Source: Octopus vulgaris
Taxonomy: Eukaryota
NCBI GenBank assembly: GCA_951406725.2
Contig: OX597827.1
Coordinates: forward strand, 50,096,001 to 50,160,000
Length of the DNA: 64,000 nucleotides
Reading direction: 5' to 3'
Shown piece after piece: positions 26,421 to 40,911 of this stretch. Numbering within the stretch: position 1 is the first letter of the stretch; each line of letters begins with the position of its first letter. The notes below the pieces were generated by a model, which was not told the origin of the DNA, did not search any database, and worked only from the letters and a program-made list of their open reading frames with translations. The position numbers and the translations under genes are program-made.

Positions 26421-26455
26421 GTTTCTGATAAAGAGCTCCGCTCGAAACGTTAAAT
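26421..26455 (+). ncRNA. Minimal hammerhead-like motif with a G8A change, in a short PLE-type terminal repeat
   Basis: GTTT-CTGATAA-A-GAGC-TCC-GCTC-GAAAC-GTT-AAAT; the downstream ~85 bp matches 24626-24694. Confidence 0.65.
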
Positions 26456-27849
26456 CCTCCTTCTTTCCTTCCTTCCTGAGCGTCCAATAATACTATATTT
26501 GTTCCACGTCCTCGCGTTGTTGTGTTTTCTCTTTGTGTTTTCATGTTTGGATTAACTTTACATACATACATACGTACTTATGTTACTAAGGTTTAAAGTT
26601 TAATAATTTTTACCTAATCAGAAAATAGGATTTAGAAGCTGGCATTTCCTGCATGATAGTTGTCTATCACAAAATGAAATCAAAATCATTATACGAGGAG
26701 GAATTTATATTAAGCAAACGAAAGCAAAGCATTACGACGCCCTAAGTTGTAAGAACTTCTGAAGTTTTAATCAGTGTTTTGTTTGATTTTAAACTTTTAA
26801 TTCAATATTATAGTAGAATTTAGATTATTATTTCTTAGCTTAAACTGGACAAGGTTTTTGCTTTCAGATAGTATGATTGGATTTTCAGAGTAGCAGGATT
26901 TAGATTATTTATCTTCAGGGAAGTTGACAAGAACAGTAACTGAATTGCAGGCTATATTTTTATTTTGCATGAATTTCAACTAACAAACTAACTTTGTCCT
27001 GACAAGGGCAGGTGGCTCTTCCTGCCTTACGGTGAATGCATTGACTATTTTTGCATTTAAAAAAAATTTATATTAGCAATGGCTTTACTATTCATATGAC
27101 CAGATTCTCTTCTTACTATATAGTTGATATATTCTCATACATCTTCTTGCTAGCTCTTCTTACTATATATAGATATAACTCATTTATTTCTTGATTTTAT
27201 AATAAAATTAGTATTACAATAATATTCAATATTATATAGAAATTTATTTTTCATAATGTATTTTCGCATTTTCATTTTTGGCGCGTTTGTATTATGCACT
27301 TTGTTTCAATATAAAAATTTTGTATACAGTGAAGATATAGAATATAATTTTTATTATTATTATTATTAATTATATAGAAAATAAATATACAGGCAGGTTT
27401 AATTTAATTCAAATATTTTTGAACAAAAGAATATTTATTAGTTTTATTGCATTGGCTTGAAAAAAGTGGATTACAATGAAAAATGCGGGCGCATGTATGT
27501 TAATATTCTTAAATTATTACACCTGGAAAACTACAGAACAAGATTCCTGCTGTAGAATTTGCCTAATTCGTCACATATAAAGGAGACTAAAAAGTACTTA
27601 AAATTAAAATTCTACTATACTTGAAATATTGCAACCGAGAATACCACATTTAAAAAATTAAATTTGAGATAATTTATTTTATTTATAATGAGGATCTAAA
27701 AAACAAGTAAATTCTTAAAAACATGGTACAAAGATAATCAAAAATAAATTTAAACAATTAAAAAAAAAAAATCATGCCTTTTGAAATATACAATTAAAAT
27801 AGTCATTTTATTTAATTATAACAATAAAATATGGAATTGTTAATAATAT

Positions 27850-28059
27850 TCTTTCATTCTTTCCTTTGTTTCAGTCATTTGACTGCGGCCATACTGAAGC
27901 ACCGCCTTTAGTTGATCAAATCGACCTCAGGACTTATTCTTTGTAAGCCTAGTACTTATTCTATCGGTCACTTATGCCGAACCGCTAGGTTACGGAGACG
28001 TAGACGCACTAACATCGGTTGTCAACCGATGGTGTGAGGGACAAACACAGGCACACATA

Positions 28060-28131
<72 letters not shown>

Positions 28132-28290
28132 ATATATATATATTATATTTACGACGACCTTCTTTCAGTTTCCGTGTATCAAATCCTCTTACAAGGCTTT
28201 GGCCGGCCCGAGGCTATAGTAGAAGACACTTGCCCAAGGTGCCACGCAGCGGGACTGAACCTGGAACCATGTGGTTGGTAAACAAGCTAC
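27850..28290 (-). mobile_element. SINE family B copy
   Basis: Similarity to 24695-25111. Confidence 0.85.
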
Positions 28291-28852
28291 TTTATTTCAT
28301 GAAATATTTGCCTTACGGCATTACAAAGATGGGACAAACAAGGACAGACAAACATAAAAATGGTGAAGTTGCTTTAATAGTTCGAATGATGAATTATGTT
28401 TAAAATCTCGATTAAAATATGGTAAAAAGTTTTAAAAATTTGGTTAAGTTACATTGCCATATGCAATGAGTTACCTGAAGGAAAGGCATCCGACCACCAG
28501 GGTAGAACCTTTGCTTTCTTTCCGGAGCTCCACTTACTTGGTGCCCATCACTTCCAGTTGTCTTACCACAAGCTTCCATCTTTTTTCTGGAATCTCTCTC
28601 GTGACAGGTATATCTTCTCCAGCCTGATCTTGCTACTGAGGTGGTAGCTAAAAAAAGTTTACCAACCCCTGTCTAGATACAAAGGTATCCGTCCCTATTC
28701 CTTTCACACGCACCTTCCATACTGTTTCTTTTAATATGGCTACCACGCAGAAAGAAACAGGCTTTTCTCTCCCCGCTAAGGGAAGGAAGCGGCACAATCT
28801 CGATGAAGGACTTAGTCGATAGCTGTACTCTTCTCATCGACGACAACAGTTG

Positions 28853-29233
28853 TTCTTTTACTCTTTTACTTGTTTCAGTCATCTGACTGCGGCCATGCTG
28901 GAGCAACGCCTTTAGTCGAGCAAATCGACCCTATGACTTATTCTTTGTAGGCCTAAAACTTATTCTATCGGTCTTTTATGCCGAACCGCTAGGTTACGGG
29001 GACGTAAACACACCAGCATCGATGTTGGGGGTGGGGGACAAACAAACACACGCGCACATACACATATATATACATATATACGACGGGCTTCTTTCAGTTT
29101 CCTTCTACCAAATCCACTCACAAGGCTTTGGTCGGCCCGAGGCTATAGTAGAAGACACTTGCCCAAGGTGCCATACCGTAGGACTGAACCCGGAACCATG
29201 TGGCTGGTAAGCAAGCTACTTACCACGCAGCCA
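28853..29233 (-). mobile_element. SINE family B copy
   Basis: Similarity to 24695-25111. Confidence 0.88.
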
Positions 29234-29739
29234 ATAATATATATAATATTATTATTTTTTTCTGTCAGTAATTGAAACAGAATAAGGTGAATTGGTCCTT
29301 TCCAATGCCAAAGTCATCAATCTCATTAATCTCAAGTAGTAATAAATGCATTTGACCTCTACTGGCCACATGGGCGTGACGCTTCTTTTGTTTCCTGATC
29401 GCACAGGAATGCGAAGCCCCATGGTTGATCTACTTCTTTACCATCTGTCGAACCTATTTACAGACTTGTGGAATTTGGTCTATTCCCCAAGCTGCTTCTC
29501 TTTCTCCTACTATCCCCGCCAACCCTCACATATTGAAGACAAATGTCGAAACTAAACAATATTTTGTAATACCACACAGTGGTAGGAGCAAAGATGGCAG
29601 ACTTAACTAAAAAGCGGTTTTACTGTTGCCACTAACTACTATACTACTCTACCTGTGTAAACTGTGGGTGTGAGAGTATGATATCTACTATGTATATTTC
29701 CTATTTAGTATTGGGGATGTTTCATGTATAAGGACGTAC

Positions 29740-30430
29740 TCCCGTATTTGTCTGATAGTTGGGCCTTTTAGGTACTTGGATAAATGCGGATGTCAAGTTG
29801 ACCCAAGTTGTCTCCATGTTGGTCTTTGGCATGTTGGTAGAGTATGGAGAAATGTTTTTTGTCTTCATATTTTCTCAGATGTTCATTTAGTCATTCCGCA
29901 ATGCTCCTAAATGTCTCCCATATGTATGTCATGTTCATGTCTTTACAAGCACCTTAGTTGTGATATGATGGAGTTCTCTGGCTTTTTAACAATCTTAACA
30001 TTGAGTTTGACCTCCTTCAGAGCTTTTCTAAATCTACGGGCTACTTCTCCATGGGCTGTGGCCTCTACAAACATTACTCCTTGATATTTGTCAGTTTTGT
30101 ACCACGTGTTCACTCTGTTTGCTTTGTCACAAGTTCTTTGTATCCTATTCCATTCTTTGTTTCTATATCTAGGCCAGGTACCACTGGTATCATTATGTAT
30201 AATGTTATCTAATTTCTTTCTAGCCCACCTATATACTCGAACCCTATCTTTCAGATCATACCCAGAGAACTGCATGCGGTGCATGAAGTTCTGTATATGT
30301 TTTTCCGTTTCATAAGGTTCGCATAGTGGAGATATATTGTTCATTATTCTAACTAAGTTTGCTATCAGTGTGTTAATTTTCATGTTGTGTGGCAAAGCTG
30401 AGTTCTTGTGAACAACATATTTTGAAGTTG
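29740..30430 (-). mobile_element. Penelope-like element, thumb/linker/GIY-YIG fragment
   Basis: ORF 29943-30395 (MPHNMKINTL...MQFSGY...RYRNKEW...VMFVEAT) followed by TYIWETFRS..LNEH (YIGET-like). Confidence 0.7.
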
Positions 30431-30540
30431 AGGAACTGCACTCTATTGTTCCTCACAGTCTCTAACCAAGTTTTAAGAAATAATATGGCCATATTATATC
30501 CAAGATTTTAAAGGTTTTCTTCTGTTATAAAGTCTGCATT

Positions 30541-30833
30541 GGCGCAGGCGTGGCTGTGGTAAGAAGCTTGCTTCCTAACTACATGTTTTTGGGTTCTGTC
30601 CCACTGCATGACACTTTGGGGAAGTGCTTTTTACTATAGCCTCGAGCCGACCAGAGCCTTGTTAATGGATTTGGTAGACGGAAACTGAAAGAAACCATCA
30701 TCGCTTGACAACCGATGCTGGTGTATTTATGTCCACGTAACCTAGCGGTTCGGTAAAAGAATCCGACAAAATAAGTAGTAGGCTTACAAAGAATAAGTCC
30801 TGGGGTCGATTTCTTTTACTAAAACCCTCTAAG
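30541..30833 (+). mobile_element. SINE family B copy (internally deleted)
   Basis: Similarity to family B head and tail. Confidence 0.8.
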
Positions 30834-31476
30834 TCGCTACTGTTCAATTATGAACAAATCCATATCTTAAAAGAGGATATAAGAGCTCTACCTACTCCAA
30901 GAGACTGCAAAGAATATGGCTAAAGGACTGAGCATTAAGAAGGTCTGTAAATCTTAAATGATAACTATCCTAATCGTGAACTGGAGGTAACAAAAAAATT
31001 ACTAGAGTAATTCATTATGGGTTCAGTTCCTGAGTTGTAAAAAGAAATTGTTTGTTGTTAAGGTCAAACAATTTCGGCTAAGTTTGTCATCACTACTGAA
31101 GCTGATGCTGATGATGATGATATACAAGGCAGAAATTAGTTCCCTTCTTCCTTAATTGAATTCCTCTGCACCACCTCCTACCAGTGTACTTCTTTTATGG
31201 TGAGCACAAACCTGCTGCAATATTTCTCCATTTGTATTTAATGCTTAATACATTTCTCTTCAGATATTTTGAAGTAAATAAACAGTGATGTGCGAGTTTG
31301 AATATTGTTATTTTTATGCATAAAACTATTTTTTCGAAAATAATTCAGCCCGAACGCACCTCTATTTATAACATGAAAGTCCATGGGAAAAAAAACCTTG
31401 TTAAGAATTCTATTCAAGGACAAGATTGTCAGAAACGCAATACTTCCGTATCGCAGGAATGCCTGCTTTGTGTATA

Positions 31477-31677
31477 CAGGGTGCGGCAGAAATAACTCGC
31501 ACATTTGAAAGGTTGACAAAAGGAAAAAGAAACATTTTACTATTGCTTAAACAAAGGGTTACAGCTTTTGTTCCTCAGCTAAATGAAAACATCATTGGCA
31601 CTTGCATAAGTTCATTAGCAACACATAGGTGAAAGTTTAAAATGTGCGAAGTAATTCTGCCCCCCCCCCGCCTCATG
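31477..31677. mobile_element. Tc1/mariner-type MITE
   Basis: TA-flanked imperfect TIRs CAGGGTGCGGCAGAAATAACTCGCACATTT / AAATGTGCGAAGTAATTCTGCC...TG. Confidence 0.75.
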
Positions 31678-32935
31678 TATATTTTTTAATATCAATTAGG
31701 TTTTAACCTTTCGTAGCGATGATCAATCAACTGTGCAGTTTTATTAGTTGTGTTATTGTCAATAACTGTCTGGCGCCAGTGATTTAAAAGCATTCAAGAA
31801 AACACTTGTTCTTAGACTCTTTTGATTACAGCTATGAGGCAACAAAATCTAGTTACGACGTAACATAATTGCACACATCTCCCGCACTGCGGTAGCTTTG
31901 CGTTCATGAAAATCATCTTATAAAGTAGGATTCCGTAATAAGAATTATTTTCACACTGATTTCTATGAGATGAATTGAAGTGTACTCCAGTGGAATTAAT
32001 TTATGAAAAAGAAAAAGTTCAAGTTCTTCAACTTCTAATTAATATTTTTACCATAGTCTTCATAGAAGTATAATGTAATTCATAGGCATCTCAAACTATC
32101 TTAATTGAACGTTATATAAGCTGTTTTACAAGGTTAAAGTTTTAATTTATAGTGATTTTCCTAAATTTTTTGAACAAAAATACTTTAAAAACAATTTGAC
32201 GAGCCAGGTACATAGAAACATAATGTAAATAACGTGCCTCACGAATAATTAGCTTCATAAATGCACAATTTTAGCTCCACACATCAATGTTTGACTATAT
32301 TTGTCGTTGAATACGTCATATATAACCTTACTCCAAACTCTAGTACACAAAAGAATAAAACTACAAAGAAAAGAAGCCAAGTGGAACAGAAGGTGTTGTC
32401 ATATTTCAGTATCATTATCTTCAATATTTCGTTGGATGTATCTATACTGGAAGTTGTTAGTTCGTCACTTGTACATTTATCTCTCAAAAGGGTTACGAAA
32501 TGTCGAATAAACTTCATCAATTTGTTGAGCCATTAATATATACTGAAAAACCCAGTAAAAATATGGATATAAGATATACAGGGAGACGGCACAAAATTCA
32601 ATGAACTTGCGACTTTTGAAAGCAATGCTCTAGTATTCCTTGACCGTGATGGCTAAAATAAAGTTAAAAGTCAAAGAAAGAAAGGACAAATGTCTAACTG
32701 CTTATTATGCGCTCTGTGTGGTAAAATACTAGGCAACAATATTGATTTGTTGAACAGAATCCTAGAGATGTTGCTAAGAAATAGATTGATTAGTAGTTTT
32801 TTTTCCTTCCTTTTATTTGCTGTATATTTATCATGTAGCAGTGAGTGTGTGTATATATGCGTTTATGCGTAGAGTCGAGGCAAAAAGGTAGTCACTCTGT
32901 ATATAAGTATATATGTGTATGCATGTCTCTATGCA

Positions 32936-32969
<34 letters not shown>

Positions 32970-33039
32970 CATACATACATGACCCCAGTCTAATGATTGA
33001 AACGAGTAAAAGGTAATATATATATATGTATATATATCG

Positions 33040-34368
33040 TGAAGTATATTTGCCCCCTAAATGTGACTGGATAACTTATCGCGAACAGGTAAAGCGTTCC
33101 TGTAGCACTGCCAGGTCAGGGATTTTTGGAAGTCATCCAACTACCCCGGCCTGAAAGTTTTTTTGAACAGGTTGGCAAGTTGGTTCTCATCGAACCCCAG
33201 AGCCCCTCCTGGGACGTCATCGTTTTTTGCCTCTACCAGCCCTCTATAGAACACCGAGGTGGTATTCCCGCTGCCGGCCTTGCCCGTCTTGTGGATCAGC
33301 CATAGTGCCTGACAATACTCCTTCTGCCATAAAGTCAGGTTACGTCTTTTAATGAAACCGGGTTTAAATCTCTCCAAAGAGGCCGGTCGCGGCAAGAACT
33401 CCTCCGCCAGCAGACTCCACACCTTATCACCTTCCAGGTGGAACGAGAGATGTCTCAGCCTCAACGCATGTCTGCACATCATCAGCCAGGGCATTCCCAG
33501 TCCACCCTTCAACGGTTCCTGGCAGCAAACGGAGCACCTCACAAGTGGCGACACTAGACGATATCAGCTTATTCCTCCAGGTGCCGAAGCACAAACCGAT
33601 GGACTTGTCCTTGTTAACTTTTGCCCCTGCCATCGCTTCGTATCCTCGAGAGCATCTTCTACACGAGGTAGCTGTGCTTCGTTGGACACGATGAGGGTGA
33701 CGTCATCCGCATAAGCAGAAACAGACCTACCGCATCCGATTTCATTTGGGTTACCTCCTAACTTCTCCAACTTCCACAATAATGGCTCAAGAGCTAAAGC
33801 GTACAGAAGCGGAGAGAAGGGACACCCTTGACGAACAGAACACTTGATCGAAAACGGCTCCGTTAGGTAACCGTTTATCTGGACCGCTGTACATAGTGGA
33901 GATCCACCCGCATAAGCCAGGGCCCAGCCCAGCCGCTTCGAGGACCGCCCCAGGTACTGATGGTCTACCCTATCGAACACTTTACTTTGGTCTAAATGGA
34001 CCAATGCTCCTCATTTGCCGGCTAATTTTCCAACCCTTTCTAAGGTGTAGCGGAGAAGGTGAAGAATATCCTGGATCGACCTGCCTGGGATTGCACATGT
34101 CTGTGCCTTCCCGACAAGTTTCTCCACGACAGCCGTCAAACTTTTTGCTCAGACCTTGCCTAAAATCTTTAACTCTACATTAAGTAGAGTTATGGGCCTA
34201 TAATTACAGATACTATCCCCCTTGCTCGGGTCTTTCTGGACCAGCGTCACAACTCCCCGGCTCACAGAACAGAGAATTCTCCCAATCTGTTGCCAGTTTG
34301 CATAGACACCTGCCAGTATCTCCCCGAACAAGTCCGGCATACAACGATAAAACTCATTGGGCAGACCA
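33040..34368 (-). mobile_element. Tx1/L1-clade LINE reverse transcriptase fragment
   Basis: YRPITLLNVELKIL, LDQSKVFDRVDH, SVRQGCPFSPLLYALALEPL, SAYADDVT, GAKVNKDKS; frameshifted. Confidence 0.9.
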
Positions 34369-34929
34369 TATATATATATATGTATATATATATGTATATA
34401 TATATGTATATATATATATATAAAAATGTGTGTGTGTATATACATATACATACATACACACACATATATATATATATTCACAAATAATGCATTCATTGGT
34501 AGCCTAGTTAATTTGTTACTTCGTGCGGTGGAACTTACGACAGAGACCAGTGAATACTAGTGACTGCCGGTTGCCAGAGCATCTAGAATGGTAATCCAAC
34601 GATTAGCTATGCAGTTATAGGATCGCTTGTCTAAATCAAACTACTAACTTTCTTACAATTATTAAATGGTAATACATATAACTTACACTCTTAGGCAATT
34701 AAGGCATTATCTATAACTTCAATAAAATACGAGATGCATTTCAGAAATTTGAGACTTTTAATGGAGAGGCAGTTATAAACTTCATAGATTGCTCTAATTT
34801 TATTATATCATTATTATACCTCTAATAGCCTGAGCTGCCAACTTTTTTTATTATTCAAGATTGAAAGAGACGGCTGTAATAACACTTTGAATATATATAC
34901 CCTAGTAAAAACTGCTCGTCACAGCTGAT

Positions 34930-35110
34930 TAGTTTGTATAATTCAGTTGCGAAGTGAAGATAATCTGGAAGCTGGCCATGCAGTAAAAGTTTGTGTTAAA
35001 CTGGGCAAAAACGCTACAGAAACTTATGAGATATTCCAAGTTACTTATGGATTAACTTGTATGAGCTGAGCACCTGGTTTTCACTGGAACAAGAAGCCAG
35101 GAAAAGCAAA
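34930..35110 (+). mobile_element. Mariner transposase 5' fragment
   Basis: HAVKVCVKLGKNATETYEIFQVTYG (N-terminal HTH). Confidence 0.6.
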
Positions 35111-36450
35111 TACACCGAGTGTTTCCTTCTTGTTAATAGATAATATCTATCGATTTCTAAAAAGGATTCGGTATAATCTGAGAAAAATTGGACTACTAGT
35201 TTTAGCAAGTCGAATGACCATGTAGGAGTCCTCTCCTTGGTCCCTGATATTCTATTTCACTACTCACTCAGATGATTCTAAAGGGATGACGTGAGTGCCA
35301 GATAAATAAATATGCATTGAAAAGGATTCTGGATTGATTCTGAATTTGTGATTTATTCCTTATTGGGATCTAAATGAATTTTCTATTTTTACATGAAATA
35401 ACATGTCAGGACAAAACTGTGCACCGAATCCTGATACAAGGTTATAGCTCACTCAACCATTAAATCAGCGACTCGGTCGATTGAAGACCCAGCTTGTAGG
35501 TCGTAAAACTTAAATTAATCGATAATGGGGATCAATGGCAGATAACATATAGCGTATGTGTGTATGTGTGTGTGTGTGTGCATACACGTGCAAACATGTC
35601 TGTGTGTGCGTGCACGAACGTCTGTGTACGCATGCGTATCTGCTATAGTTTCTGAAAGATTGTGTACAGAGTTAGGAGAAACAAACATTCGTTGTTTACG
35701 AAGATATATTATATAGCAACAAGGTATTATTTGCCTAGAAACGTATCTATGTGATTGTTGTGGATCGCATGTCAGAAACAAGGTAGTGCTTCACTGAAAA
35801 GACTACTAAAATGATTCAAATTAAAAGTTCGAGTTGTACTTAGCTCACGAATGACCGTCAGATATTATTACATCACCTTTTCATTAACAGGTGTTGGATA
35901 TTCTGTTTAAAGATAGAGAAAAATACATAGCGATCTCATGCGACATAACAACCGCACCCAAAATATTCACAGTGTTCACTCATTAGAAAAGTAAAATACA
36001 TGCCCATTCAAACTTTATGTAAAACTCTGAAAAAGTGACTGAACTGCTTTAGCAAACCGAGTGAAACGTTCCTTGAGGTAAGTCATTGATTGAAAATTAC
36101 CGCACTACGTGCAGAGTGGCTGAATATTTTCAGACACAACTAATCTCATAGTATTTTAGATGCAATCTGGAGTCTTCCCCACATGTTGTTTACTCGGCTT
36201 CACTCAAATGACTTGGATCCACACGAGCTGTGTCAATGTTAGCGAAATTCTAAATGATGCAGCTGTATGTATGTATGTATGTATGTATGTATGTATGTAT
36301 GTATGTATCCGTTTATCTGTCTGTATATATATATATATATATATAGTTGAAATTATAGAAAAACAAAAGACGAAGACAGGTGTATGAACAACAAGCAGGT
36401 GTATTACTTTGACGCTCGGAAAAAAATGATAAAGTCTCTTGCGTTTCGAG

Positions 36451-36513
<63 letters not shown>

Positions 36514-36621
36514 GTATATATATACATACATATACACAGATACACAAAACATGCACACAGGCACACACACCTGTACACATAGACACACGCACACATATAC
36601 ACATATATACATACACATATG

Positions 36622-36686
<65 letters not shown>

Positions 36687-36720
36687 ATATATTAGTATAT
36701 ATATATTAGTATATATATTA

Positions 36721-36769
<49 letters not shown>

Positions 36770-36784
36770 TATTAGTATGCCATG

Positions 36785-36821
<37 letters not shown>

Positions 36822-37080
36822 TATGCCATGTTAATGTTGTGCAATTTCAAATTTTCCACCAGACTCTGCGTAGTAACTTGTGAATCTTTATTATCTTCTA
36901 TCTTATCGTCTGAATTAATAATTATTGTGTGAATTATTAATTCAATAAATCTTATATTATGTTGATGTTTTATATTTTGCCTGTGTATTTATGTATATGA
37001 GCATTTTTGAATATATTTAAATACCTACGAGTTTTATCTTATATCATATCGACGTTTTATACATATTTTTATATCTATCT

Positions 37081-37241
37081 GCGCAGGAGTGGCTGTGTAG
37101 TAAGTAGCTTGCTAACCAACCACACGGTTCCGGGTTCAGTCCCACTGCGTGGCATCTTGGGCAAGTGTCTTCTGCTATAGCCCCGGGCCGACCAATGCCT
37201 TGTGAGTGGATTTGGTAGACGGAAACTGAAAGAAGCCTGTC

Positions 37242-37330
<89 letters not shown>

Positions 37331-37525
37331 TCCCCCTTGCATTGCTTGACAACCGATGCTGGTGTGTTAAGTCCCCGTCACTTAGCGGTTCGGCAAAAGA
37401 GAACGAAAGAATAAGTACTGGGCTTACAAAGAATAAGTCCCGGGGTCGATTTGCTCGACTAAAGGCGGTACTCCAGCATGGCCGCAGTCAAATGACTGAA
37501 ACAAGTAAAAGAATAAAAGAAAGGA
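37081..37525 (+). mobile_element. SINE family B copy
   Basis: Full head, internal (TA)n(TG)n and tail. Confidence 0.9.
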
Positions 37526-37880
37526 AGAATCTGTATATATATATTTATGTATTTATATATTTATAATGCCAACGTATTTTCTAAATATTTTTAAAAATAT
37601 TTTAAAATATTTGCGTATTTTTAAATATTAAATATTTATATGTTCATATACTTGTGTGATTTAGTGCTGTATTATCTGGAACTTTATTTTTGATTTATTA
37701 ATATCCAGTGAATGTGCACATATATATTGAATAATCTATTGGGTAATAGTTCACGTTCCTCTTGTTTTTCGCTGGTATTGCCAACATTGAAATCATAAAT
37801 TGGAAATTAGCTCAATTAGAGCACTTTATTTCTAGACTGTTTCTGAGTATTGGTAATATATATACATGTATATACATATG

Positions 37881-38064
<184 letters not shown>

Positions 38065-38077
38065 TACACTTATGTGG

Positions 38078-38543
38078 AGGCGCAATGGCCCAGTGGTTAG
38101 GGCAGCGGAATCGCGGTTGTAGGATTGCGGTTTCGATTCCCACCAGGGGGTGGGGTGACGATCCCTGCTGTACTCTTTCCCTAAAACCTTCTCTCACTGT
38201 GATCACGGTGATATATACATAGCGATGTGTAGCAACATCTGATAGCCTGGTCGGTCACGGTGACCGACCAGGCTATCAGATTTTACTACACATCGCTGGC
38301 ACAATGTGCTTCGCATTGTTTTAGCCTTCAAATGACGCCACCCCGCTGGCTAGGCGAGCAGACCAGAAGAAAGAGTGAGAGAAAGTTGTAGCGAAAGAGT
38401 ACAGCAGGGATCGCCACCACCCCCTGCCGGAGGCTCGTGGAGCTTTAGGTGATTTTGTTCAATAAACACTCACAACGCCCGCTCTGAGAATCGAAACCGC
38501 AATCCTACAACCGCTTTTCCGCTGCCCTAACCACTGGGCCATT
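38078..38543. mobile_element. Two inverted tRNA-derived SINE family C copies (tail-to-tail) with a central palindrome
   Basis: Head CAATGGCCCAGTGGTTAGGGCAGCGGA...GGTTTCGATTC on + at 38078 and on - ending at 38543; palindrome 38221-38297; a third partial copy at 60036. Confidence 0.85.
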
Positions 38544-38583
38544 GTATATATGTATGTATATATATATATATATATATATATAA

Positions 38584-38633
<50 letters not shown>

Positions 38634-38663
38634 ATATATTATATATATATATATACATATAAA

Positions 38664-38881
38664 TTTCTTTACTACCCACAAGGGGCTAAACACAGAGAGG
38701 ACAAACAAGGACAGACAAACGGATTAAGTCGATTATATCGACCCCAGTGCGTAACTGGTACTTATTTAATCGACCCCGAAAGGATGAAAGGCAAAGTCGA
38801 CCTCGGCGGAATTTGAACGTAGCGGCAGACGAAATACTGCTAAGCATTTCGGTCGGCGTGCTAACGAGTCTGCCAGCTCGC
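38664..38881 (-). mobile_element. SINE family A copy
   Basis: Reverse complement of the 7402 family. Confidence 0.9.
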
Positions 38882-38890
38882 ATATGTATA

Positions 38891-38949
<59 letters not shown>

Positions 38950-38959
38950 AATATATATA

Positions 38960-39083
<124 letters not shown>

Positions 39084-39149
39084 GTGTGTGTGTTTGTGTG
39101 TGTGTGTGTATGTGTGTGTATGAATGTATATATATATAAATATATATAT

Positions 39150-39180
<31 letters not shown>

Positions 39181-39908
39181 GACAGAGACAGAGAGAGAAC
39201 GAGAGAGAACGCACGTACACACACACGCACACACAGACACACACAAACGCACACATACATAGTCTTTAGTGTTTGCCTGTTTGATGTATGTCAAAAGAAA
39301 AAAACCTGATCGCTGTAAATATATCTTCTCTTCCCTTCAACCATTGCAACAATAGTTTTCATTGTATTTTTTATAAAACTGTCAGAGCTAGTAAAAAGAA
39401 AAAGGAAAAAAAAACAGACAACAGCAAACAAAGGATTTTAGGTGTGACATACTCTAAGAGTAAGACACATTTATTTTTAGAATATTTCCTAAACCACGTT
39501 TTATTTGCTTTATTTTTCTATAATATTATATTACTTATTACGTAATTTATAGAAAAATCTTTCCGTGAATGAGTTTCCAGTTTTTGTCACGAATTTTCAA
39601 GCCTAATATTATTTGTTAAGAAGTTCTCTATTATGAAAAGGAATTTAAAGTATTTATTAGAAGTTACGTCACAAAAAATATACGATATATATAAAATGTT
39701 AGAAATGATGTTTAGAAGGATATTAGAAATGTCCTAGTGCAAAAAGTTATATTTTATAACATGATATCATCTATCCATATAAGTGTGAATTTTCCCGAAA
39801 AATTCCAAGTCATAATTTCTTATCGTTTATAAAACAATCAATTGTCGATTGAATATTTAAAATTAGGACAGACACACATACACATGCGCACACACACACA
39901 CATATATA

Positions 39909-39950
<42 letters not shown>

Positions 39951-39962
39951 AATGATATCTAT

Positions 39963-39994
<32 letters not shown>

Positions 39995-40001
39995 ATATAT
40001 C

Positions 40002-40033
<32 letters not shown>

Positions 40034-40062
40034 CATACATACATACATATATATATATATAT

Positions 40063-40330
40063 AGTATTAATAAAAATCTAATAAATTCAACAGGTCTCAG
40101 TAAATACATTTGGGACCGTCAATCTAGATCTATTAAATATAAATTAACTTGGGAGATTATTTGTAGGGCTAAATCATATTGTATAGGGAGTAATTATTGC
40201 TCATTGTGTAATAATGAATTCAAAGAAATATTATTTAATAACAATTATGTGCTGGTAAACCCATTGGAGGAACGTAAAATTTAATTGTAAACATACATGA
40301 AATTACCTATATAATAGGTTTAGCTAATAA
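40063..40330 (+). mobile_element. Penelope GIY-YIG endonuclease C-terminal fragment
   Basis: NSTGLSKYIWD...KYKLTWEIICRAKSY...CSLCNNE; followed by a ~125-bp AT-rich direct repeat at about 40331 and 40651. Confidence 0.8.
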
Positions 40331-40911
40331 ATAAATGATTATATAAATTTATTAAGGTATATTAATCATAGTAATATAAATTAATTTAAATATAATATAT
40401 ATATTTTACATATTTATTATTTAGACTTTAAATTTATGATAAATAGTCATTTAAAATTAAATGTTAACACAAACTTATTTACCTGTATAATACGCTTAAC
40501 TTATTTTTCCATATGTACAAAACATTATTTCTTTCTATGTTATTTATTTCTTGTAGATATAATTTAATAGTATTAGAATATAATTTACTATATTATTATA
40601 TATTATATTAATATATTTGAATAATTTTAAACTTAGATATTTCCTAATACATAAATGATTATATATAATTTTATTAAGACCTATTAGTTATAGTAATATA
40701 AATTAATTTAATATTATATGTATATTTTACGTAATAAGTATTTGGAACTTAATTTATAGTATACAGTCATTTATAGTTCTTTTGTTATTCTATTTTTCTT
40801 TAATTCATGAAGCTTGAATATCTTTCGTCTTTTTCATTTATAAATATTTTTCGTCATTTTCATTGATAATTTTATTCTATTTTTTTTTGCACAACGTCTT
40901 CACGAGTTTAA

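Noticed and set aside
32261-32536. Overlapping short ORFs in unique sequence
   Set aside because: No recognisable domain or consistent splice sites
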